From Octopus vulgaris (taxonomy: Eukaryota): 64,000 nucleotides of DNA. The notes beneath the pieces are model-generated. The model worked only from the letters and a program-made list of their open reading frames with translations, did no database searches and was not told the origin of the DNA. Position numbers and translations under genes: made by a program. Positions 53,221-64,000 of the stretch are shown one piece after another; position 1 is the stretch's first letter; every line of letters starts with the position of its first letter. The stretch is taken from NCBI GenBank assembly GCA_951406725.2, contig OX597824.1:77438001-77502000 (forward strand). The letters run 5' to 3'.

Positions 53221-53690
53221 TAAGTCTGTTTTTTATTTAATTTTTCATATGTCCTGCCCGCCAAATTTGGTTCTGGTGTTCGCTGAATTCTTCCTCTAGA
53301 GAATTTCCCTTGTAGTTTGATCGTTGATGATCTTTCTCTAGCATTCTGGCCGGCTACCTAGCAAGCCAGCCCTGCCAATATACACATATATTTGAATTTT
53401 CTCTGACTCCTCAGATTTTTTGAATGCTGGACTACTGGTTTTAAATTGATATTAAAATTAATATTCATTTATCTCCCTCAATTTTTAAATATTTAAATAA
53501 ATACGTTCCCTAGTTGTAAGCATTACCCGCAGTGAATTATTCACTGCAGCCCTTCGCTTCAGGAGTCTCTTAGCGCGCCAGAACCAAGACATTTGAAATT
53601 TTATTCCCGATGTAATCAGTAAGATTAAGCACGTGTCTGTCTTGACACAGAGAGCTGGGGTTAGTCTTGCGGTTTGCATCTCGAGGACCG

Positions 53691-53766
53691 AACGTACTGA
53701 AGAAGTCACGGACACTTGAATTATGCAAGTAATTCTTTTGTTAAGACCGAAACCGAGGTATGCATT
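53691..53766 (+). ncRNA. Type I hammerhead motif, copy 3 of 546-bp array
   Basis: aacgta CTGAAGA agtc...gacc GAAA ccgagg TA tgcatt, exactly 546 bp after copy 2. Confidence 0.7.
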
Positions 53767-53930
53767 TAAGTCTGTTTTTTATTTAATTTTTCATATGTCC
53801 TGCCCGCCAAATTTGGTTCTGGTGTTCGCTGAATTCTTCCTCTAGAGAATTTCACTTGTAGTTTGATCGTTGATGATCTTTCTCTAGCATTCTGGCCGGC
53901 TACCTAGCAGGCCAGCCCTGCCAATATACC

Positions 53931-54003
<73 letters not shown>

Positions 54004-54072
54004 TTAGGGAATATTAATCCTAACTTACAGGGAAAAAATTCAATTTAGAAATACTAAATCAAATTTCACACA

Positions 54073-54155
<83 letters not shown>

Positions 54156-54301
54156 GAACCACCTTTTATCTATTCAAAATAAACAACTGAATTACACCAT
54201 CTAGAAAATTACATATAGAAATATTAAAATTAAAATAACAATAAAATACCAATGATTAAGTAAATTGCAAAAAATAATATAAACGTATATAATTGGTAGA
54301 A

Positions 54302-54405
54302 TAACGACACGTGTTTCGTGGCTATATTTAAGAAATGATTAAAGTAAAAAAATTAATAGTAGTAGTAAAATCACTTCGATATAAATATAGCCACTCATCA
54401 GGTTA
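54302..54405 (-). ncRNA. Type I hammerhead ribozyme motif (canonical core)
   Basis: Minus strand: taac CTGATGA gtggctatattt...aaatatagccac GAAA cacgtg TC gtta. Perfect 12-bp stem II, palindromic stem III, GUC site. Confidence 0.9.
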
Positions 54406-55493
54406 AAAATAAACTAGAATAATAAAATAATAAATTAATAAATATACTTTAATATATATATAATACGAAATATAGATTAAGTGAAAACGAAAACAATACT
54501 TAAATTAGTAAATACCTTAAAATTAATTAATATACACAATGCTAGTACAAGTCATTAAATTGTAATCAAAATAAGAAATGGTTCAAATATAAACAAACTC
54601 ATTAAATACGGTAACTATATAATTAATATACATGTGTAGTATCTATGAATTTAATATATCAATCTATCATATAGTTGACTAAATATCAATCCATGTAATA
54701 CCTATTTATCTTAAAATTTAATACTACATAATGAATATACCACCTAATTAAATTAAATGTAAAAGAATCTAAATAAATAGATATAAGAATGAATATCTAT
54801 CGTAACTTATATTTATCAATATATATAAAAATCATGTAATGACGAGAATTATTTTCTAAAGGAAAGTAAGAAACATTTCAACCCCCAAATTAAAGAAAGG
54901 TGGGAAAATATTAGAACCATTGAACAGTACACTATGAAGATTTTCAATCACAACCACCAGTCCCCTACGAATACAGTCAATAACAATAATAATAATAGTA
55001 ACAACGATCAAACTCAAAATAATAGGAGATCCAATTAATATTGATGAACAAACTATGTTACTAAGTTCAACGATTAAATTACACTATCAGGATTTTAAAG
55101 TATTAATACGTTTTAGCGTCTAATTAATATACCCAATGCTATTACTAGTCAGGAATAATACAATAAAAAAATGGAAATAGTTCAAATATACACAAATCCA
55201 TTATATAAACTAATTATATTATTAATATCTATGTATAATATCTATGTATAATATCTATAGATTTAATATTTCACACGATAATAAAGTTAAACATAAAACT
55301 GATATTAAAATAAAAAACTAGTTTACTTAAATATAAAACTACTTAATAAAAATATTATCTAATTATTAAAAAATATGTAGTCTAACGAAACTAAATCTCA
55401 AATTACAGAATATGTAATACGTTAAATTCCTATATAAAAATTAAAAGATATAATATCTAATATCGAACGTAAAATAACTATGAAGAAACTATA

Positions 55494-55582
<89 letters not shown>

Positions 55583-55698
55583 TAATAATAATAATAACAA
55601 CAATAATAATAATAATTTCAAACACAAAAATGATTTCAAATTTAAATGAACTCGAAAAAACGATAAAATGTCATAAACGATAAACTTATATTTACATA

Positions 55699-56063
55699 TA
55701 GCTTGCTAACCAGCCACATGGTTCCGGGTTCAGTCCCACTGCGTGGCATCTTGGGCAAGTGTCTTCTACTATAGCCTCGGGCCGACCAAAGCCTTGTGAG
55801 TGGATTTGGTAGACGGAAACTGAAAGAAGCCCGTCGTATATGTGTATATATCTATGTGTGTGTATGTGTTTGTGTGTCTGAAACCGATGCTGGTGTGTTT
55901 ACGTCCCCGTCACTTAGCGGTTCGGCAAAAAAGAGACCGATAGAATAAGTACTGGGCTTACAAAAGAATAAGTCCCGGGGTCGATTTGCTCGACTAAAGA
56001 CGGTGCTCCAGCATGGCCGCAGTCAAATGACTGAAACAAGTAAAAGAGTAAAAGAGGAAAGAG
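55699..56063 (+). mobile_element. SINE family B, slightly 5'-truncated
   Basis: Match to family B. Confidence 0.9.
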
Positions 56064-56289
56064 TATATATGTAGCAGCTCATGATATTGAAACGCATCGA
56101 AAATAACACACTTTGGTTTTGATAAGCTGAACGACATCGAAAAGTGGCTTCGCTTATTAAAATGTTTTTTCCCCCTGTAAAATCCACTTCATGTTGCTAC
56201 CTTTATTCAGTGAAACGTTTTATATACGAGAATTTTATTCTTACATTCACATACGTAGATATACATACATAAAGGCGCACACACACTAA

Positions 56290-56387
<98 letters not shown>

Positions 56388-56425
56388 TAGATACACATAT
56401 ATATATATATATATTATCTATCTAT

Positions 56426-57645
56426 CATCCCATAAGTTCTGTCCGATTTTATCTATCTTAAAATTGAATGAAATTTAATAGTATTTTAGAATGTCTAATG
56501 GAATTAAAAATTAGTTTTGTGCATTTGTGTACATTTAAACTAATTAAATATTATTTTAAAGAATAATAGAATTAAAATTTCTTTGATTAAAACCCATTCT
56601 AACTTTTAAGTATCCGAAGAGCATTTGAGGCATATAATGCTTTATGAGTACAAAAACAGGAAACTCTGCAGCTGAAGCGACTCGAAATATACACTCGGTT
56701 TATGGAAAAGAATGCTCGAATGAAAGAACTTGCAAAAGATGGTTTGCAAAATTCAGAAGTAGAGATTTCAGCCTTGAAGATGAAGATCGAACAGGACGTC
56801 CTGTTGAGTTTGATGATAAGCTCCTTGAGGCATTACTTGAAGAAAACTCTGCATTATCAGTTGAAGAATTGGCAATAAAGCTTAGTTCAAACCATGCAAC
56901 TGTTCATTGACATCTTCAACAACTTGGAAAGGTTTCCTAAACTTGGAAAATGGGTGCCTCATGAATTGTCCGAAAGCAATTGCAAATACCGAGTTAACAT
57001 CTGCTCTTCTCTCCATTCTCCCAAACTCATTTAACCCTTTTTGGATAGACTCGTGACTGGTGACGAAAAATGGAGCTTCTATCGAAATGTTAAACGTCGT
57101 AAACAATGGCTTGGTAAAAGGGAAAAAAGCTCAATCACAACCGAGAGGGGAACTTCATGGAAGCAAGGTTCTTCTCTCTATCTGGTGCGATTGCAAAGGA
57201 GTAATCCACTTTGAATTGTTACCACCTAATGCAACAATCAATGCTCAAGTCTACTGTCAGCAATTAGAGCGTTTGAACTAAGCTTTGAAGAAAAAAAAGA
57301 CCCGCTTTTGTGAATTGAAAAGGAGTGATGTTTCCTCAGAACAATGCGCGACCCCACACTGCAAAGATCACCTCACAGATCGAAGAGCTTGGTTTCGTAG
57401 TTTACAGAATCATTTGGGGGACATAACTTTCGCATGCCAGGAGGAAGTCGAAACTGATATTTCAGGATTCTTCACTTTGAAACCAAGAGTTTTACATCGA
57501 TGGGATTATAAAGCTTGTAAAAAGATGAAAGGAAGTCATAGATAATCAGGGAAGATACATTGATGATTAAATTTCGATTAAATATAACATTTGATCACTT
57601 GTTTTCTTTATTCAAAATTCGGACGGAACTTATGGGATGTCCTGA
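56426..57645 (+). mobile_element. Degenerate mariner element with transposase pseudogene
   Basis: TIRs catcccataagttctgtccg / cggacggaacttatgggatg. Protein pieces RHIMLYEY, WFAKFRSRDFSLEDEDRTGRP, KWVPHEL, VTGDEKW and IWCDCKGVIHFELL, with stops, frameshifts and loss of the YSPDLAP region. Confidence 0.9.
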
Positions 57646-57700
57646 TACATATACAGAGAGAGAGAGAGAAAGAGACAGACAGATTTACATACATGCATAC

Positions 57701-57749
<49 letters not shown>

Positions 57750-58043
57750 GAAATGAGGTACTCAGAAATGCGGAAGGTTTTATATTTACAGATATTTATT
57801 TGTATATTATATGTTTTTATACATCATGTATCATCTATCATATATCAAATATAGCGCTTTCATCCATTCTACTGGAGTTTTAACTCGACTAGAATGGTCG
57901 AAAGCGCTAATATATGATATATGATGTATAAAAACATGTAATAAACAAATAAATATATGTAAATATAAAACCATCCGAATTTCTGAGTATTTCATTTCTT
58001 CTAATATAAAATACCTGTACATCATCTCCAAACCTTCTAATAT

Positions 58044-58074
<31 letters not shown>

Positions 58075-58075
58075 G

Positions 58076-58266
<191 letters not shown>

Positions 58267-58769
58267 CATATATATATATATATATGAATGTACCGAAGAC
58301 TCCCACATTGAATTTTAATAAGCTGAAGGAAGAACGGAAACCAACACCGGTTACTAAATTATTTAGCTTCTATTGCAAAACTCCTTTCGGTTACAACGAA
58401 CTAAAATTTATTCAGTGAAACGTTTTTATACGAAAACTGCACAAAAATACGTGATTTTTTTGTGCTATGTTTGTAAAATATATCATGTGAAAATTTACAC
58501 TACACTTTTAAAGTAAAACTGCTATATAAAAATTTTTGTTATCGGAAAAAATTTGTGTATTTTTACTCTGATATGATAAAATGATGAAAAATATTTACGT
58601 CTCATCCTATGTTAAAAGACATTGTGTTCGAAGAAATATATGTATAAAAATTTGGTGAACTTTCAAACCTTCCTTATTATTTATCCACACACACACGCAC
58701 ACACACACACACACACATACACACACATATATATATGTATATATATGTATGTACGTATGTATGTGTGTG

Positions 58770-58813
<44 letters not shown>

Positions 58814-58849
58814 ACTTTTCTAGGCGTGGTTGCAGAAACGTTACCACAT

Positions 58850-59072
58850 CTGGCAGAAACGTTAGCACGCTGGCTAAATGCTTAGCAGTAATTCGTCTGT
58901 CATTCCCTTCTGAGTTCAATTTCCGCCGAGGTCGACTTTACCTTTCATCCTGTCGGGGTCGATAAATTAGGTACCAGTTACGCACTGGAGTCGATGTAAT
59001 CGACTTAGTACCTTTGTCTGTCCTTGTTTGTCCTCTCTATATTTAGCCCCTTGTGAGCAATAAAGAAAATAA
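58850..59072 (+). mobile_element. SINE family A monomer
   Basis: Matches the other family A copies. Confidence 0.85.
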
Positions 59073-59211
59073 GTAGCTTGCTTCCCAACCACATGATTTC
59101 GAGTTTAGTCCCACTGCGTGCAACCTTGAGCAGGTGTTTTCTACTAAGCCTCAGACCGACAAATGACTTGTGAGTGGATTTGGTAGACAGAAACTTAAAG
59201 AAACCAGTTGC

Positions 59212-59272
<61 letters not shown>

Positions 59273-59469
59273 TGTGTGTGTGTGCGTGTGTATTTGTCTG
59301 TGTCTGTGTTTGTTCTCCCACAATCGTTTGACAACCGATGTTGGTGTGTTTACGTCTCCGTAAACTAGCGGTTCGGCCAAAGAAACCGATGGAATAAATA
59401 CTAGGCTTACTAGGCCTGGAATTGATTTCCTCCACTAAAGGCGGTGCTCCAGCATGGCCCCAGTCAAAT
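59071..59469 (+). mobile_element. SINE family B, diverged
   Basis: Match to family B directly after a SINE A copy. Confidence 0.8.
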
Positions 59470-60064
59470 ATATATTTATTACATAATGGCAATTTTTGAC
59501 AGTTTGATGTCTCCCTGTCTGTTTATTACCATCTTGATGCCTACACCAGTGAACCAATCTTGACACTTTGCATACATGTTAAACTAGCATCCAGTAAAAT
59601 TTTAGGTTAATTGGATTGTAATAAAACCCTATAATGGACCCACTAGCGGTAGGGCTCTAGCACATATTTAGAAATCAATAACACATCTATTGATATAAAT
59701 TAAGGCTTCTGTAAAGCTCAACCATGCACCCCTTCATGTAAACAGCGTGCTACCTTTGTGAGAACAAGTAGATAACTAAAAGCTCTTTATTTATCTACTT
59801 GTGAAGCCATTCACTCGTGAATTTCATCACACACAAAATTTCCTCTTAAGAAAAAATACATATTCAAATAAGTAAAACATAACATCATGAATAGCGATAG
59901 CGAAACCGGTCGATGTATTAAATATTATATTAAAACTAAGTGTGCGTATTTTCGTATTTTCCTTTTTTAATTTCTTATATACATTACAATTCACCACGTG
60001 GGGATAATCGAAATTCCTCATTTCTGTTGCTACTACTATATATGTATATATGTGTGTGTGTATA

Positions 60065-60111
<47 letters not shown>

Positions 60112-60189
60112 ATGGGAAAATAGTGCTTTAGTAGCAGTCTCTCGCAGCTGCTACAACTTCTATAACATTATACTGTATACGGAAAAAGC

Positions 60190-61610
60190 AGCTCAACCAT
60201 TCAAATGTGGATGTGATATATTTCGATTTGCGAAGGCCTTCGATAATGTTGAACATGGGGTATGTCACTAGCTGCGTGACCATGGTATCGCTGACAAATT
60301 AGGATGTTAAACAGCTGCAGTCAATGGTGCTCCCTCTGGGGAGACATCAATTCGCAGTGATGTCCCTCAAAGTACTGTACTGGGATCACAACTGTTTGTG
60401 ATAGCTTCCTCACACAAGCCCTCAACCATACAGTCACATTCTTACTCTATCTATGCTGATGATGCAAGCATGTCACAAGCGGTCAAAAAACCCTGATGGC
60501 ATCCTAAAACTGCAGAAAGGCCTGAATGTAATTTACGGGTGGGCTGATAAATATTACATTTAGTTTACAAGCAGTCCAACAGACTGGAATTGGAATCCAC
60601 AGCAGTGGTGGGTAGTGCAATCGTGGATTCAATGTCAGTGCGCTAGTTTGGAATCCACATGAAGAATAATGCATCAATCCATGTGCATATTATCAACACT
60701 GTGCAGGCGAATAGCTGGATGGATTCTAGGATAATTTAGAACCAGGGAAAATGATACCACGCTACGCTTACGAAGAACTTTCATTTATAGTCGTTTGAGT
60801 AACTGCTCCCAAACGTTGTCACAGCAGAGCGACAAACTGATGGCAGAAATCGAGGCAATCCATGGCGGTGAGCTGGCAGAAACGTTAGCACGCTGGACGA
60901 AATGCTTAGCCGTATTTCATCTGCCGCTACGTTCTGAGTTCAAATTCCGCCGAGATCGACTTTGCCTTTCATCGTTTCGGGGTCGATAAATTAAGTACCA
61001 GTTACGCACTGGGGTCGGTGTAATCGACCTAATCCCTTTGTTTGTCCTTGTTTGCCCCCCCACCTCCAATGTTTAGCCTCTTCAGAGCAATAAAGAAATA
61101 AGAAATCGAGGCAAGCCATTGCCACAGCACTAAGAATCGGTGCAACATAGGAGCCACTTAGAGCGGTTAAAATAACTAAAGCGCTATTCCCTAGAGAGAA
61201 GGCGTGAAAGGCATGCAGTGATATACGTACAGAAGATTCTGGAAGGTTCAGGTTTTGCACCCAGTTTTGAACGTGAAATGGACTGCACAGTATAATACTA
61301 AAGATCCCGTCTACTCCAATTGGAAGAAGGACCCAGTACTGTAACAACTTGGGTCTCAAGAATCCACAACTATACTACATTCTGTGGAACAGTTCCAGAG
61401 ATTTGCGAGGAGTAGATGTGAGATCTTCAAAGAGAGTCTAGACAAATTTTTATAAAATGAACCAAATGAACCCACATCGTTGCAGGAAACACAAAGTAGA
61501 GCAGCTCTATCCAATTCACTACATCACGAGAAAGATTATCGAAAAAAAACCCCGATTACACCGAAAGCGGTGTTCCAGTATGGCTTAAGCCTCTGGTTGA
61601 AGCCAATAAA
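60190..61610 (+). mobile_element. Degenerate CR1-group LINE (RT domain to 3' tail), interrupted by SINE A
   Basis: VDVIY..FAKAFDNVEH, VPQSTVLG and YADDA motifs with many lesions. Tail gcggtgttccagtatggc similar to ~36960. Confidence 0.8.
60864..61100 (+). mobile_element. SINE family A monomer inserted in CR1-group LINE
   Basis: 19-bp TSD agaaatcgaggcaaKccat at 60845 and 61101. Confidence 0.9.
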
Positions 61611-62195
61611 TTTTAAAGGATATAATGTAACATTATATATATATATAATTATTATTTGAGGGAATAAAATCCAAACTTACAAGGAAAAAGAATATAATTT
61701 AGAAATACTAAATCAAATTCCACACAATATAAAATATATAAAATATTAGAAAAACCCCACCTTTTATCAATTCAAAATGACTAATTAAATTACACCATCT
61801 AGAAAATTACATGTAATAGAAAAGTTAAAATTAAAATAACAATTTAAAAGTAAAGATTGAGTAAATTATAAAAATAATGTAATGTATAGTTAGACATGGC
61901 CTGGACCAATCTCTGGTCGAAACATATCTAAGTTTTATATAATAGGTAGCTATTATATACGTTACATTATTCTTGGATTTTACTTAACCTTTACTTTTTA
62001 ATTGTTATTTTAATTTTAACTTTTCTATTATATGTAATTTTCTAGATGGTGTAATTTAAATTTTGAATTGATAAAAGGTGTTTTTTTTCTAATATTTTAT
62101 ATATATATATATATATATATCTATTATATATAACGTTTAAAAGTTGATAAACCACCTATTGATCCCCTCCATTTTCTTATTGCTCTCTCTCTCTG

Positions 62196-62239
<44 letters not shown>

Positions 62240-63150
62240 CACGTGTGTGTGTGTGTGTCTTTGTGTGTTTGTGAATGTATGCACACACCACAAAGTTCAC
62301 TGTGACGGACAAGTGATAAATGAGTGCTCAACATACGTGTAGTGCATGGGTTATTGTGACAGACTATTTATCTCCGGACTGGAGTTTCATGCTGCCACGA
62401 TCTACACACTAGAACACCTACAACATGAATTGTTGATATATCTTCAATCGCAGTTATGGATATGGCTTCTTGTATCTTTATTTCTTTAGATTCTATCTGC
62501 GGAAGTTCAACGAAAGAAACTCCCAGATATGGATGATACAATATAAACCGTTGTCTTAAATTTTTATTCTGGTGCAGTATATCATGTATTTGAAAAGTTG
62601 TAGAAATAATCTCAATGTCCACTTAATAACCAGCGCTTTTGAAAGAATACTGTGTATAAATGCTCTTTACGTGCACGCCATAAAGGTGAACGTCCTCTAA
62701 ATGTAAATTCTGTTAGAATAACCACAAAAGGACAATTAAGAACAGAAAGTCAGCTGTGCTTCATTAGGTAAACTTTTATGGAAGTTTAACGTTGACGAAG
62801 GCAGTTCTTGCTTCACGAACGTCATTGAATGCACTAATTATTGAATCAATCGTAACTAGCTACATACTTATTGAAGTATATAATAAAATCTTCAAGCGTA
62901 GTTGTTCATTTGAGTTACATGTGTTGAGCTGAACTCATATTTTCATTTAGTAGATCAAGACGAATTGTTAGCTGTGGTTCCGGTAGAATGTAGTCCGTTA
63001 TATATATATATATATATAAATGTATGTATAAATGCTCTTTATTCGTTTCTGTTGGCGTATGATACATAATGGACTGAGGCTTTAATCTGGTCAGTAGCGG
63101 ATCTAGACGAATGCTGATCGTTAGTCTATGGTGAATTATGTTGGCATGAG

Positions 63151-63776
63151 CTAATACTTCAAATTTTGACCCATACATTTAGTGTTCTCACTCTGGCGTC
63201 TCCTTGACAGACCTTCATCGAGACTAGGATGGTTTCGTCTAAAGCGCTCGCAGATATTTGAGTGGGGAGGTGCATATAATGTGGACTGACGTGGATTGAC
63301 GAACGTGACATGCGGTGAACCGATAGGAGTGGTGCAATTTTTGTTGTTCTTAGTTGGTACCTTATGTGTACTAATTTCAGGTTGTTGTTGTAAATTGACA
63401 TTCAGTGGAATATAAACACTCATACATTTTGGGCCGTGTTGTTCGAAAGTGATTGGTAATTTTTGGTTCGTACTGAGTTGAGAAGGCTGGGTCATTGCGG
63501 TCACCGGTTTAGTGATACTATTCGAACAGTCAACTCTCTGTAGGCCCGAAGAATCTCGTCGGGCTTGGTTAGTGTGGAGCATTGATGAATGTGTTGGTTT
63601 CAAATGATTCTTGGAATCTCGTCTATGTTGGTCTGGAGTGACAGCTGAAGCTTTGTCCGTGTGAGGCACTGGTGATTCGATGTGACTGGGATAGTTATCG
63701 ACGTGTTCAAGGTGACTGGGACAGTTGTCGACGCGTTCCTCTTGGTCAGTGATGGTTCCCTCCGACTTTTGTTTGC
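63151..63776 (-). CDS. Putative terminal coding exon (~208 codons), paralog of 39641-41142
   Basis: Same acceptor context (plus strand ctgaaacattccaaRatcgac) and same phase 1. Shared motifs CMSVYIPLNVNLQQQPEIST vs CMGSRYPVQVRLQQATESVT and ICERFRRNHP vs VCQRFRQHHP. Confidence 0.65.
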
Positions 63777-64000
63777 CTGAAACATTCCAAGATCGACCCT
63801 GGCACTGAGAGCACTATACACCGAATACAAAATGAAACATAACGATATATACACACTGAAATATACACTATTTTTGCACAGAAACATGATTTATACACAC
63901 TGATTATCCATGACAAATTTGGCAATGTCAAACGAAAGTGAGTGGGGCGAGTTTTTAATATCTATTATATATTTATTTAGGCCGAGCAGATTGTCAGGTG

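Noticed and set aside
52497-53715. Three copies of the MSVTSSV... ORF as a small gene family
   Set aside because: GTG starts, antisense to the hammerhead strand, no recognisable domain; a by-product of the 546-bp repeat.
62368-62622. 84-aa minus-strand ORF downstream of the second paralogous exon
   Set aside because: GTG start, no motif and no counterpart at the first paralog; more likely UTR or intergenic.

Overview
AT-rich, microsatellite-saturated animal genomic DNA. The SINE repertoire and repeat load look like an octopus/cephalopod genome, which is an inference from sequence style and not a database result. Almost all ORF-track entries are artefacts of (TA)n, (TACA)n, (CA)n, (GGT)n and (TAA)n runs or of SINEs. 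Host-gene content appears limited to two paralogous, phase-1, low-complexity terminal exons on the minus strand (39641-41142 and 63151-63776). The rest is mobile DNA: three tRNA-headed SINE families (called A, B, C here), 3' fragments of Tx1/L1, CR1-group, R4/Dong and RTE LINEs, a near-intact IR/DR Tc1 element, two mariner relics, Helitron pieces, a foldback element and a 97-bp minisatellite. The main unexplained signal is about ten type I hammerhead ribozyme motifs (CUGANGA...GAAA...NUH, very short and often palindromic stem III) plus several half-motifs. They lie in short non-coding fold-back elements, mostly flanked by (TA)n, and include a 546-bp head-to-tail plus inverted array with one hammerhead per monomer. 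This resembles a diverse set of Penelope-dependent, retrozyme-like non-autonomous elements. Two SINE families also share 3' tails with LINE fragments present in the same window. All alignments and folds were done by eye, so boundaries of degenerate repeats are approximate.
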